Made by a program: the position numbers and the translations under genes
Source of the DNA: Nemertoderma westbladi
Lineage: Eukaryota > Animalia > Xenacoelomorpha
Assembly: GCA_032718475.1 (NCBI GenBank)
Contig: JAUCBJ010001846.1
Location: 310,001 to 374,000 of the forward strand
DNA: 64,000 nt
Direction of reading: 5' to 3'
Notes under the pieces: model-generated
The model's input: the letters and a program-made list of their open reading frames with translations, nothing else
Databases searched by the model: none
Told to the model about the DNA's origin: nothing
Shown: positions 19,861 through 30,323 of the stretch, one piece after another
How positions within the stretch are numbered: the stretch's first letter is position 1
Layout of the letters: each line of letters starts with the position of its first letter

Positions 19861-22714
19861 AAACGATTTTTCCACCCGCCATTTGGGCAGCGATCAAAAA
19901 GCGATTGAGCAAATGCTTGAAACCCTCGGGCTTGATAACATTCAAGCCCTACTTGGGCAGGTGCTGCCAAACAATATTGCACAACAAGCCATCGACAGCC
20001 TACCCCTTGATGGCCTAACCGAACAAGATGCATTAGCCAAATTAAAAGACATTGCCTCAAAAAACAAAATACATCATTCCATGATCGGCATGGGCTATTA
20101 CAACACCCACCTGCCTGCTGTGATTGTTCGAACCATTTTAGAAAACCCTGGGTGGTACACCGCCTACAACCCTTATCAGGCTGAGATTTCCCAGGGCCGA
20201 TTGCAAATGCTTTTAGCATTTCAGCAACTCATTATCGACCTAACAGGCCTTCCCATTGCCAACGCCTCATTACTAGATGAGGCCACCGCAGCTTGCGAAG
20301 CCATGATGTTATGTGCTCGTCTAACTAAAAAAACAAACAAACAATTTTTTATAGACCACGGTGCCCACCCCCAAGTTATTGCGGTAATCAAAGGCCGTGC
20401 CAAGGTATTAGGTATTAAGCTTGTGATTGATCACGCCCAAAATTGGAACATACAAAAAACCTTTGGTGGCATTTTGTACTACCCCAATACTTTTGGTGAT
20501 GTGATCGATCACACCTCCCTTATTCAACAAGCCAAAAATCAACAAAACATCGTTGTAGTGGGAACCGATTTAATGGCTTTAATGCTTTTAAAATCACCTG
20601 CTCATCTAGGGGCTGATATCGCCTTTGGTAGTGCCCAGCGCTTTGGCATCCCCTTAGGGTTTGGCGGGCCGCATGCTGCATTTTTTGCTTGCTTACCAGA
20701 TTACAAGCGCTTAATACCAGGTCGAATTATTGGAATCTCCAAAGACAAGTCAGGCACACAAGCTTACCGTATGGCGCTGCAAACCCGTGAACAACATATC
20801 CGCCGTGATCGTGCCACCAGCAATATTTGTACTGCTCAAGCCCTGCTTGCCATTTTATCAGCCGCTTATGCCATCTATCATGGCCCTAGCCGACTTCAAA
20901 AAATCGCTCAAGCCATTCACAAACATACTCATTTTTTAGCCACTCAATTACTAAGCCTCGGGTACAAATTATTGAATGTTCATTATTTTGACACCTTATG
21001 TATTCAAACCGAGCGTGCCCAAGCCATCTATGCACAATGCTTATCCAAGCAAATTAACATTCGCTTTGTAAACACAAACACATTAGGTATTAGCTGTGAT
21101 GAAGCCACCACTCAATCCATACTAGCTAATTTAATCAGTATATTTAAGGCACATGCAGGTCATGTATCCAATCAAAAATTGGTTGGTTTGCCTGATTCGT
21201 TATTGCGAAAAGATGGCGTATTACAACATGGAATTTTTCATCACCACCAAACTGAAACTGAGTTTTTGCGTTTTATCACCCGCTTGCAATCCAAAGACTT
21301 TGCGCTGGATCACAGCATGATACCACTAGGTTCATGTACCATGAAGTTAAACGCCGCCACTCAGATGCAAGCCCTAAGCCTGCCAGAATTTGCAAACATT
21401 CACCCCTTTGCACCTGTTGACCAAACAACGGGGTATCGGGAACTTTTAGCCGAATTTGAAACCATGATGGGGGCTTGTACGGGGCTGCCCGCGGTTAGCT
21501 TACAGCCTAATTCAGGCGCGCAAGGTGAGTACACGGGGCTTTTAATGATTAAAGCCTATCTTAAAAGTTGCGCAAAGCAAGATCGAAATGTTTGCTTGAT
21601 CCCTGCATGCGCCCATGGTACTAATCCTGCCAGTGCCGTGATAAGTGGTATGCGCGTTGTAGTGGTTCAAACCGATGCAAGGGGTAATATTGACCTAGAT
21701 GATTTAAAGGCAAAACTAAACACCCACGTCCACCAGTTGGCGGCTTGTATGGTGACTTACCCCTCTACCCATGGGGTGTTTGAAACCAGCATTATTGAGC
21801 TTACCCGCCTTGTGCATGAAGCAGGCGGGCTTGTTTATTTAGACGGCGCTAACTTAAATGCCATGGTCGGGTGTGTGTTACCGAGTGCACTGGGTGTGGA
21901 TGTGATGCACATTAACTTGCATAAAACATTTTGTATCCCCCATGGGGGGGGTGGGCCTGGTATTGGGGTGGTAGCGGCCGCCCAACATTTAGCACCTTTT
22001 TTGCCTGCTAAACTTTTTTGTGATAAGGATTTTTCAACTATTGATGATACCAATAATTATCCTGTTTCAAGCGCGCCTTATGGTAGTGCACTTTTAATTG
22101 GGATTCCTTGGTTATATATTCAAATGATGGGGGCGGGGGGGCTTCGATCAGCCACCGAGCTTGCTCTTTTAAATGCCAATTATATGAAAGCAAGGTTATC
22201 AAAAAAATACCCCATTGTTTACACCAATGATCAAGGTTATATCGCCCATGAGTTTATCTTGGATATTAGACCCATTAAAGAACAAATGGGTATTAGCGAG
22301 CAAGACATCGCCAAACGTTTGATGGACTACGGTTTTCATGCCCCCACGGTGTCTTTCCCCGTTGTGGGGGGGCTGATGATCGAGCCTACTGAGAGTGAAT
22401 CCAAAGCACAGATTGATCAATTTTGTGAGGCCATGCTCTCTATTTTTGAGGAAATTGAGCAGGTCAAAAACGGGGTATGGGATCGGGTAGATAACCCGCT
22501 GAAAAATGCCCCTCATACTCAGCTAGATTGTACGGTTGATAAATGGATGCATCCTTACAGCCGAACACAAGCGGCTTTTCCTTTAACTTTACCTTTTTTG
22601 CGATTACACAAAAAATGGCCAGCGGTTGGGCGCATTGATGAAGTATTTGGCGATAGAAACCTAGTGTGTGGCTGTGGTGTGCCTGAGGATTATGTAAGCG
22701 ACAAACAGGCTTGA
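19853..22714 (+). CDS. gcvP: glycine dehydrogenase (decarboxylating)
   Basis: PYQAEISQGRL, ATSNICTAQ, HINLHKTF, EPTESE. Confidence 0.98.
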   Translation: MLKNDFSTRHLGSDQKAIEQMLETLGLDNIQALLGQVLPNNIAQQAIDSLPLDGLTEQDALAKLKDIASKNKIHHSMIGMGYYNTHLPAVIVRTILENPGWYTAYNPYQAEISQGRLQMLLAFQQLIIDLTGLPIANASLLDEATAACEAMMLCARLTKKTNKQFFIDHGAHPQVIAVIKGRAKVLGIKLVIDHAQNWNIQKTFGGILYYPNTFGDVIDHTSLIQQAKNQQNIVVVGTDLMALMLLKSPAHLGADIAFGSAQRFGIPLGFGGPHAAFFACLPDYKRLIPGRIIGISKDKSGTQAYRMALQTREQHIRRDRATSNICTAQALLAILSAAYAIYHGPSRLQKIAQAIHKHTHFLATQLLSLGYKLLNVHYFDTLCIQTERAQAIYAQCLSKQINIRFVNTNTLGISCDEATTQSILANLISIFKAHAGHVSNQKLVGLPDSLLRKDGVLQHGIFHHHQTETEFLRFITRLQSKDFALDHSMIPLGSCTMKLNAATQMQALSLPEFANIHPFAPVDQTTGYRELLAEFETMMGACTGLPAVSLQPNSGAQGEYTGLLMIKAYLKSCAKQDRNVCLIPACAHGTNPASAVISGMRVVVVQTDARGNIDLDDLKAKLNTHVHQLAACMVTYPSTHGVFETSIIELTRLVHEAGGLVYLDGANLNAMVGCVLPSALGVDVMHINLHKTFCIPHGGGGPGIGVVAAAQHLAPFLPAKLFCDKDFSTIDDTNNYPVSSAPYGSALLIGIPWLYIQMMGAGGLRSATELALLNANYMKARLSKKYPIVYTNDQGYIAHEFILDIRPIKEQMGISEQDIAKRLMDYGFHAPTVSFPVVGGLMIEPTESESKAQIDQFCEAMLSIFEEIEQVKNGVWDRVDNPLKNAPHTQLDCTVDKWMHPYSRTQAAFPLTLPFLRLHKKWPAVGRIDEVFGDRNLVCGCGVPEDYVSDKQA

Positions 22715-22786
22715 TAATGTATTCAGACTTGTTAGTATTAGCTTAATTTATTGAACGCTTTTAATCCAACAATATGGAATTGTTTA

Positions 22787-23068
22787 ATGCTTGATATCAA
22801 ACAATCACTTGTATCACTTAATCAATCACTAGTGGCTTGCTGGGTGGTTAAAAATAACGCCCTTCATAAACAATTTGAGCTACCTAACTTTACAGAAGCC
22901 ATGGGCTTGATGGTTAAAATTGGGTTGTTGGCTGAAAAAATGAACCACCATCCTGAAATGATCAATGTTTACAATAAATTAACCATCAATTTAAGCACCC
23001 ATGATACAAGTAGTATTTCTGAAAAAGATTTTCAACTTGCCACAAAAATTGAACAATTAATCAAATGA
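22787..23068 (+). CDS. phhB: pterin-4-alpha-carbinolamine dehydratase
   Basis: AEKMNHHPE and LSTHD motifs; ATG 22787 preferred as start. Confidence 0.92.
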   Translation: MLDIKQSLVSLNQSLVACWVVKNNALHKQFELPNFTEAMGLMVKIGLLAEKMNHHPEMINVYNKLTINLSTHDTSSISEKDFQLATKIEQLIK

Positions 23069-24012
23069 GCATTTTAGTCACAGGGTCAATTGCTTACGAT
23101 ACCTTACTACATTACGGCGAGGCTTTTAATCAACATTTATTACCTGAACATTTAAACAATTTAAGCGTGGCATTTGTGATCGATTCGATCGAAAAACGCT
23201 TTGGAGGTTGCGCAGGTAACATTGCCTTTCACGGCAAGCAACTTAAATTACCCATCATCCCCGTTGGAAGTGTGGGTAAAGATTTTGGTGATTATCACGA
23301 TTGGTTGGTTAAGTACCTTGTAAGTGTTGAGTATATCAAGGTATTTGATGATTGTTATACTGCCCAAGCCATTGTCTCGACCGATATTAAAAATAATCAA
23401 ATCACCTTTTTTTATCCAGGTGCTATGGCGCGCGCTGGGGAGTGTACATTTGATTGTTTTAGTGATTTAGAGGTGCGCTTGGGCTGTGTTTCACCCAACG
23501 ATAAAAAAGCGATGCTGTATTTTGCGGATCAATTTAGCACTCATCACATCCCCTTTGTATTTGATCCTGGTCAAGCCTTGCCTGTTTTAGAAAAAGCAGA
23601 ACTTATAACACTGGTGAATCAGGCAGACTATTTAATTTTGAACACCTATGAATCAGCGCTTTTGCTAGAGAAAATGAATACCACCGTTGAGGCATTATTG
23701 ATTAGTTTGAAAGCCTTGATCATCACTCAAGGGGCTAAAGGGGCTGATTTGTATGTCAATGGTGAGCCTGTCCAACATTTTGATGCCATCTCAATTGAAA
23801 ACGTGGTTGACCCAACAGGCTGCGGCGATGCCTTTCGTGCAGGGTTATTGTATGGTTTATATCACCAGTGTTCATGGGTGCACACCCTGCAATTGGCCAG
23901 TTTAATGGGGGGGTTAAATGCTTGTTATCACGGCACACAGTCCGATCAATTTAGTAGCACTGATATTCAAAACTATTTTGTGAAGCACTTTGGACATCAG
24001 CTTTTGAAATGA
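23065..24012 (+). CDS. PfkB-family carbohydrate kinase, adenosine/nucleoside kinase-like
   Basis: GSIAYD, FGGCAGNIA, FDPGQ, DPTGCGDAFRAG. Confidence 0.9.
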   Translation: MSILVTGSIAYDTLLHYGEAFNQHLLPEHLNNLSVAFVIDSIEKRFGGCAGNIAFHGKQLKLPIIPVGSVGKDFGDYHDWLVKYLVSVEYIKVFDDCYTAQAIVSTDIKNNQITFFYPGAMARAGECTFDCFSDLEVRLGCVSPNDKKAMLYFADQFSTHHIPFVFDPGQALPVLEKAELITLVNQADYLILNTYESALLLEKMNTTVEALLISLKALIITQGAKGADLYVNGEPVQHFDAISIENVVDPTGCGDAFRAGLLYGLYHQCSWVHTLQLASLMGGLNACYHGTQSDQFSSTDIQNYFVKHFGHQLLK

Positions 24013-24836
24013 AGCCAAAGGTTTATACTTCACCTGCTAAACTAAATTTGTTTTTACATATCACAGGTCAAACCAATACAGGTTATCATCAGCTACAAAC
24101 CATTTTTCAACTGCTTGACTGGCATGATGTTTTAACCATCACACCTAACGATAGCACACACTTTCATTTTGCAGTTCGTGGCGCTTATTCAAGTATTACC
24201 AACAATATTTTGCAAAAAGTATTGAATGTACTGAAGGCTCATTTAGGCAAATTATCTACACAAGCCTTTGATATGGTGTTAGAAAAAAATATTCCCTTTG
24301 GAACGGGTCTAGGGGGAGGTAGTTCAAACGCGGCCACTTTTTTAAAAGCGTTGAATAGTTTGTGGGGTTTGAATTTGAACACGCAACAGTTAATGGAAAT
24401 AGCCTTAAAAATTGGTTGTGATGTACCTTTATTTATATTGGAAAAAAATGCGTGGGCAGAAGGCTTGGGTGAGCAATTAACTCCATTTGAACTGCCCCAA
24501 TACTTATATTTGATTATTTGGCCTGATAAAGGGATTGCAACGAGTGAATTGTACAGCCACCCCAATTTGATACGCAATCATCATCGGTTTTTACCTGCTC
24601 AATGGGCATTGGAAGATGAAAGGTTTATAAACGATTTTACAGTGCTTGCCGTTGAGAAAGTACCCGAAATTCAAGCTATTATTCATTGGTTAGAAAATAA
24701 AAGTGGGGCAAGTCGGGTATTAATGAGTGGCTCAGGTTCGGCTGTTTTTGGGGTTTTTGAAAAGGTTAAGAAGGCCGAGTGTGCTTTTAAGGAAACCCCT
24801 TTTAAAAATGTGAAGTTAGTCAAAGGGATTACTTAG
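24009..24836 (+). CDS. ispE: 4-diphosphocytidyl-2C-methyl-D-erythritol kinase
   Basis: PAKLNLFL, GLGGGSSNAA, MSGSGS. Confidence 0.96.
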   Translation: MKPKVYTSPAKLNLFLHITGQTNTGYHQLQTIFQLLDWHDVLTITPNDSTHFHFAVRGAYSSITNNILQKVLNVLKAHLGKLSTQAFDMVLEKNIPFGTGLGGGSSNAATFLKALNSLWGLNLNTQQLMEIALKIGCDVPLFILEKNAWAEGLGEQLTPFELPQYLYLIIWPDKGIATSELYSHPNLIRNHHRFLPAQWALEDERFINDFTVLAVEKVPEIQAIIHWLENKSGASRVLMSGSGSAVFGVFEKVKKAECAFKETPFKNVKLVKGIT

Positions 24837-24850
24837 CTGTTTTTAACACA

Positions 24851-24878
24851 TTGACACTGAGCAATCTTTGGGTATGAT
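24851..24878 (+). promoter_or_regulatory. sigma70 promoter for tRNA-Gln-prs
   Basis: TTGACA-16-TATGAT. Confidence 0.7.
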
Positions 24879-24899
24879 AGTGCTGTGAATGTTCTAAAT

Positions 24900-24971
24900 T
24901 AGGCCGTCGCCAAGTGGTAAGGCAACGGGTTTTGATCCCGTCATTCGGAGGTTCGAATCCTCCCGGCCTAG
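24900..24971 (+). tRNA. tRNA-Gln(TTG)
   Basis: Cloverleaf with ACGGG-TTTTGAT-CCCGT anticodon arm; canonical ispE-prs position. Confidence 0.96.
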
Positions 24972-24989
24972 CTTTTCTAAACATGTTTT

Positions 24990-25931
24990 ATGATTATATT
25001 AACCGGTAATTCCAACCAACCCTTAGCACATTTGGTGGCTAAAAAGTTGGGTATAGAGACAGCGCAGTGCATTGTCAGCCGCTTTAGCGACGGTGAACCC
25101 ATTGCGGAGGTTAAAACCAATATTCGCGGTAAAAATGTGTTTATTTTGCAATCAATTTGCCCACCTAGCTCTTCAGAAGCTTTGATGGAATTGCTAGTGA
25201 TGATTGATGCGTGTAAGCGTTCTTCGGCAGAACAAATCACCGTTGTGGTGCCTTATTTTGGTTTTGCTAGGCAAGATAGACGCCCCCCTTTGTTGCGGGT
25301 TTCGATTACCTCAAAGTTGGTCGCCAATTTAATTCATACAGCGGGGGCGACGCATGTGGTTGCCATTGATTTACATGCTGAGCAGATTGAAGGTTTTTTT
25401 GATTGTCCTGTGGATAATATTTATGCATCACTCGTTTTAATTGCTGATATTTTAAGTCGTTATGAAAACTTGATTGTTGTATCACCCGATATTGGCGGGG
25501 TGGGACGTTCTCGGGCTGTTGCCAAGCGTTTAAACAATGCTCAGTTGGCCATTATTGATAAACGCAGGCCATCCCCTAATCATTCAGAGGTCATGAACAT
25601 TATTGGAGATGTGGAGGGTAAAATTTGTGTGATTGTTGATGATATTATCGACACCGCCGGTACCGTTTGCCAAGCAGCCAAGGCCTTGGCTGGAAATGGG
25701 GCGAAGGCGGTGGTCTCTTATGCAACGCATCCTATTTTTTCAGGCAAGGCCATTGATAATATTAATGCGTCTGCTTTAAGTGAGGTAGTGGTAACCGATA
25801 CCATTCCCTTAAGTGAGCAGGCAATAAGTTGTGGTAAAATACGCCAGCTTTCTGTTTCTCAATTATTGGCTGAGGTTTTAGCTTGTATTGATCAGAATCG
25901 ATCTATTCGGAATTTATATGATAATTTTTAG
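24990..25931 (+). CDS. prs: ribose-phosphate pyrophosphokinase
   Basis: FSDGE, ARQDRR, DLHAEQI, VDDIIDTAGT. Confidence 0.97.
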   Translation: MIILTGNSNQPLAHLVAKKLGIETAQCIVSRFSDGEPIAEVKTNIRGKNVFILQSICPPSSSEALMELLVMIDACKRSSAEQITVVVPYFGFARQDRRPPLLRVSITSKLVANLIHTAGATHVVAIDLHAEQIEGFFDCPVDNIYASLVLIADILSRYENLIVVSPDIGGVGRSRAVAKRLNNAQLAIIDKRRPSPNHSEVMNIIGDVEGKICVIVDDIIDTAGTVCQAAKALAGNGAKAVVSYATHPIFSGKAIDNINASALSEVVVTDTIPLSEQAISCGKIRQLSVSQLLAEVLACIDQNRSIRNLYDNF

Positions 25932-25939
25932 GTGTTGAT

Positions 25940-26590
25940 ATGTCTTATGTGTTGGAAGTAAGTCCCCGATCTGAGGTGGGTAAAAGTGCAAGTCGTTTGT
26001 TAAGAAGGGAAAAATCATTGGTGCCTGGTGTGGTTTATGGAGGCGATCAACCCTCACAACCTGTCAGTATTGGGCAGGCGCTACTGGATAAGGCCTTAAA
26101 GTCAGATGGATTTATCGGCCACATTGTTGAAATTAAGTTAGGGGATGATCGCCAAAAGGTGTTGGTCAAAGCGATTGACAGACATCCCTTCTTACCGAAA
26201 GTGCTAAGTATTGATTTTCAACGGGTAACAGCTGATAGAAAAATTAAAATGCGTGTACCCATTCGGATAAAAGGTAGTGAAAATTGTAAAGATTTAAAGC
26301 TAGGGGCTGTGCTTGCTATGTCGGTTGATTTTGCACTTATTTGTTGTTTACCTAAAAATTTACCTGCCTATTTGGAAGCTGATATCAGTGAGTTGACTGT
26401 GGGTTCTTCACTGTATTTGTCGGATATTAAGCCGCCTGAAGGGGTGGGGATATTTAATTTATTGCATGGCAATGTATCGTATAACCATTGTGTACTGCAA
26501 TTGATTAAACCCCGTAAAACAGTTGACAAAACGATGACAGATGATGAGCAGGATCAAGCAGCAGAAGCCTCAGAGGACGATTCAAAATAA
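25940..26590 (+). CDS. rplY: 50S ribosomal protein L25/Ctc
   Basis: GKSASRLLRR, VPGVVYG, IDFQR. Confidence 0.95.
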   Translation: MSYVLEVSPRSEVGKSASRLLRREKSLVPGVVYGGDQPSQPVSIGQALLDKALKSDGFIGHIVEIKLGDDRQKVLVKAIDRHPFLPKVLSIDFQRVTADRKIKMRVPIRIKGSENCKDLKLGAVLAMSVDFALICCLPKNLPAYLEADISELTVGSSLYLSDIKPPEGVGIFNLLHGNVSYNHCVLQLIKPRKTVDKTMTDDEQDQAAEASEDDSK

Positions 26591-26609
26591 GTAAAAAGGA
26601 TTAGAGATT

Positions 26610-27169
26610 GTGAAGTTATCTTTAGTAGTTGTTATTTCATTGTTACGTGTGTATCTCAACCAACACTTCAGCCAGTTGATAGAACAGGCTCAGCATATGT
26701 TAACTATAAAGGACTGATCGTGTTTAAACTCCCACAGGGGGAAAATTGGTACGAGTTAAGTAGTAGAAAGGGTACTGTTGCCTATGGTAAGAAACAACCA
26801 ACAAAAGATCATATATTTTTCACGTCACCTACAATAACGAACTTTACAACCAGATTTAATTCGCCTGAAGAATTTCTGAAGTTTGCCAAACAATCTAGGC
26901 TTGAAAGTATACCTAAGGATAGATTCAAAATATTAAAATACGAAGAAAAACTTGAGAAATCGCGTTCAGAATTTTGTACAAAATTCATGTTAAAAGCAGA
27001 AGAATATGGAAAAGGTATCATGGAATCACGCGGGTATACTTGTTTGCATCCACACTATCCTGATCTTGGCGTTACGATTCTATATTCTGAAAGAACAAAG
27101 GGTCCTCATGTAAATGACCAAACGCGCCAAGAAGGTGAGGATTTTATCAATTCATTCGAACTTAGATAG
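26610..27169 (+). pseudogene. hypothetical lipoprotein with a frameshift in its signal peptide
   Basis: GTG 26610 reads MKLSLVVVISLL; the -1 frame from 26648 reads CVSQPTLQ... and runs into ORF 26720-27169. Confidence 0.65.
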
Positions 27170-27228
27170 AAATAATAAGACACTTACCCAGACATATTCG
27201 TCGCGTACTGGCTGAATACGCGTTGGAT
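27170..27228 (+). other. degenerate integron attC-like 59-bp element
   Basis: Starts right after the stop codon with AAATAAT, has an imperfect inner repeat, and ends in GTTGGAT (GTTRRRY). Confidence 0.4.
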
Positions 27229-27304
27229 TTAAATTTTCATTCACTAAAAGATTAGCTATTTTTAGGTTCGTGTCAATCACTTTTTAATCATAGTCAGGCT
27301 ACCT

Positions 27305-27874
27305 ATGTTAGATATTCGCTTAATCGTAGGCCTAGGTAATGTTGGTCAGCAATATAAAGAAACCAGACATAATGCAGGTTTTTGGTTGCTTGATCAGCTT
27401 TCAAGCCAAGCATTTTTGTATCAACCTAAGTTTTTTTGTGAAAAATCATCTGTATTGCTGTGTGATAGAGAGCTTATCATGATCAAACCCGCTACCTTGA
27501 TGAATGAAAGTGGGCGATCAGTTAGTAAATTTGCAACTTATTATGATATTAAACCTCATCAGATATTGGTAGTGCATGATGAACTTGACGTACCTGTAGG
27601 TGAGTCTCGTTTTAAATATGGCGGCGGTTGCGGGGGTCATAAGGGGCTTTTAAGCATTGTGAGTCATTTGGGTGTTAGTACGTTTTATCGTCTGCGAATT
27701 GGCATTGGTCGACCCAAACATCAAGATGTATCTAGTTTTGTGCTGGGGAAACCTACCGCCGATGAGCGAGAATTAATTGAACAAACAATGACTTTTATTA
27801 CCGATCATATGGGTTTATTATTTAGCGCAGTTGAACGTTTCACACAAAAACTACATTCAAGGCGGATATCATGA
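27305..27874 (+). CDS. pth: peptidyl-tRNA hydrolase
   Basis: GLGN, TRHNAGF, MNESG, HDELD, RLRIGIG. Confidence 0.97.
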   Translation: MLDIRLIVGLGNVGQQYKETRHNAGFWLLDQLSSQAFLYQPKFFCEKSSVLLCDRELIMIKPATLMNESGRSVSKFATYYDIKPHQILVVHDELDVPVGESRFKYGGGCGGHKGLLSIVSHLGVSTFYRLRIGIGRPKHQDVSSFVLGKPTADERELIEQTMTFITDHMGLLFSAVERFTQKLHSRRIS

Positions 27875-28953
27875 CATTAAAATGCGGTATTGTGGGGTTG
27901 CCCAATGTAGGAAAATCCTCTTTATTTAACACCTTAACTCATTCTGACATTCCCTCTGAAAATTATCCATTTTGTACCATTGATCCCAATATAGGTGTGG
28001 TGGAGGTGCCTGACAAGCGCTTGGATACGCTTCAAAAAATCGTCAACGCACAGCGCGTGGTGCCGGCTATTGTTGAATTTGTGGATATTGCCGGTTTAGT
28101 GAAAGGGGCATCAAAAGGGGAGGGGTTAGGCAACCAGTTTTTACACCATATTCGTCAGGTTGATGCCATTATGCATGTTGTACGCTTCTTTGAAGATGAC
28201 GATGTTACCCATGTGGATGGCAGCGTAGACCCCATGAGGGATGTCCAAACCATTGAAGGGGAGCTAATTTTAGCTGATTTAGAGGTATTAATGCGAGGGT
28301 GTGATCGTGTGAAAAAACTTGCTCGTTCTGGGGATAAACAGGCCAAGCAACTATTGGATGTGATTGAAGCAGGAATTAGCTTGCTTGATCAAACCAAACC
28401 AATACAACAATTAGTCCATGAAGATATTGAACTACTGAGTGAATATAATTTATTAACCGCCAAGCCCGTTTTATATTTGATTAATATCGATGAAAAAACC
28501 TATCAACAAGACGAACCACTAAGTACATTACGGTCACTAAAATCGTTGGGTGAAAATTGTTTAACAATTTGCGCTCGATTAGAAGAAGAACTTTCCCAAT
28601 TGGATCAAGCAGATCAAACCCTGTTTTTAAGGGAAATGGGCTTATCTGAACCGGGTTTGGATCGAGTGATTCGTTATGTTTATAACATGCTAGGGTTGCA
28701 TACCTTTTTCACAGCTGGCCAAAAGGAAGTGCGTGCGTGGACCATTCAAAAAAATGACACCGCTGTTGATGCGGCCGGTAAAATTCACAGCGATTTCGCC
28801 AAAGGCTTTATTCGGGCTGAAACCGTGCATTATGAACAATTTGTTCAGCATAAGGGCTGGGTAGGTACACGCTCAGCAGGGGTGATGCAACCCAATGGGA
28901 AAGACTATATTGTTTGTGATGGGGATGTGATGAATTTTCTTTTTAATGTGTAG
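27871..28953 (+). CDS. ychF: ribosome-binding ATPase YchF
   Basis: [31 protein letters not shown]. Confidence 0.98.
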   Translation: MTLKCGIVGLPNVGKSSLFNTLTHSDIPSENYPFCTIDPNIGVVEVPDKRLDTLQKIVNAQRVVPAIVEFVDIAGLVKGASKGEGLGNQFLHHIRQVDAIMHVVRFFEDDDVTHVDGSVDPMRDVQTIEGELILADLEVLMRGCDRVKKLARSGDKQAKQLLDVIEAGISLLDQTKPIQQLVHEDIELLSEYNLLTAKPVLYLINIDEKTYQQDEPLSTLRSLKSLGENCLTICARLEEELSQLDQADQTLFLREMGLSEPGLDRVIRYVYNMLGLHTFFTAGQKEVRAWTIQKNDTAVDAAGKIHSDFAKGFIRAETVHYEQFVQHKGWVGTRSAGVMQPNGKDYIVCDGDVMNFLFNV

Positions 28954-28980
28954 TTTTATGACCAATTATTGGAGGTTTGT

Positions 28981-30303
28981 ATGAAAAGAACTGTGTATTT
29001 TTTTCTAAGTTTATTAATTGTTGGGTTGCTGGCAGGATTTTTGATTTTAAACAACACCCAAACATCAAAGTCGCTTAATTTAAGTACGGTGACCTGCCCA
29101 AAGACACCGCTTGATCAGTTCGGCACAATTAGAAATACACCCCCTAGTTGTTTTGATTATTATGCATTCGCCCAAATGTGGTTGCCTGAATCTTGTATCG
29201 CAAAAAATAACAGCGGTTATGTCGCGCATCAACGTGAATGCCAAAAGCTACATCAAACATTTGATGACCAAATGAAGCCCCATGGTTTGTGGCAGAGTTT
29301 TTTCACAACAACTTCACGTGCAGCTTTTCCTGCTGATTGCATTGATGAAGCGTTCAATTTTGAACAATTACCTTTGCAGCTTAGACAATCACTGAATCGG
29401 TTGTTCTTGGCGCCTGTTAGGGGTTTAAAGGCACATGAATGGGAAAAACATGGTACCTGTGATGGGTCATCTCAAGTTGCCTATTTTCAAAAAATTATTG
29501 ATTACAATGAAAAATTTGCCCAAGCTGGCAAGTTGATTCGAGATGCAGTTGGCAGTACTTTGAAATATGAGCAAATTATTAATGCTTATGGGCGTGAAGG
29601 GCAGGTATATTTGGAGTGCCATCAATATGAGAATGGACAATACCTGAACCAAATATTTAGCCTTTGGAGCAAAGCAGGCGAACCCTTGGAGGTTGACTTG
29701 CATTTTCCTAGCGCTTGTCGCCCAGATAAGGCGATTCATATTCGACCAACTGCTGAGTTTGTGTCTGTTGATGATTGGAAAACACATTTTAGCGAAACAA
29801 GAGAACAACCCGTTGTTGTGGCGTTTGATATTGACGATACTGTGTTGTTCTCATCCCCTGGATTTTATTATTTAAATCAAGAGGGTGTCGGCTTTAGTTC
29901 ATCTAAATTTTGGAACCGAATGAATAATGGTTTAGATGAGTTTAGTTTGCCGAAAAAAATTGGGCAAACGCTTATTGATTTTCATCAAAGTCGGGGTGAT
30001 GCCATTTATTTTATTACAAGGCGTGGCAAATCATCTTTTGAGCAGGTGACTGACATCATTAAAAAGGTATTTAACATTCAAAAAATGAACACTGTTATTT
30101 TTACTGACTTAAAAACCAAAGTGTCTGATATTCAAGCCCTTGGCACTGACGTGTATTATGGTGATGCGGATTCAGATATGATTGAAGCTAAAAAGGCGGG
30201 TGCACAGGGGGTTAGAATAATGCGTGCGGTTAATTCAAATAATCCAGATGGCGCACATGATGGTGCATTTGGTGAGGTGGTGATTTTAGGCTCTGCTAAT
30301 TAA
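28981..30303 (+). CDS. RNase T2 - class B acid phosphatase (AphA) fusion with N-terminal signal/anchor
   Basis: T2 motifs FDYY..W..C, HGLW, HEWEKHGTC; AphA motifs FDIDDTVLFSSPGF, MNNGLDEFSLPK, YGDADSD, GAFGE; GGAGG SD. Confidence 0.9.
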   Translation: MKRTVYFFLSLLIVGLLAGFLILNNTQTSKSLNLSTVTCPKTPLDQFGTIRNTPPSCFDYYAFAQMWLPESCIAKNNSGYVAHQRECQKLHQTFDDQMKPHGLWQSFFTTTSRAAFPADCIDEAFNFEQLPLQLRQSLNRLFLAPVRGLKAHEWEKHGTCDGSSQVAYFQKIIDYNEKFAQAGKLIRDAVGSTLKYEQIINAYGREGQVYLECHQYENGQYLNQIFSLWSKAGEPLEVDLHFPSACRPDKAIHIRPTAEFVSVDDWKTHFSETREQPVVVAFDIDDTVLFSSPGFYYLNQEGVGFSSSKFWNRMNNGLDEFSLPKKIGQTLIDFHQSRGDAIYFITRRGKSSFEQVTDIIKKVFNIQKMNTVIFTDLKTKVSDIQALGTDVYYGDADSDMIEAKKAGAQGVRIMRAVNSNNPDGAHDGAFGEVVILGSAN

Positions 30304-30323
30304 GGCGCTTATCACTAAACCAT

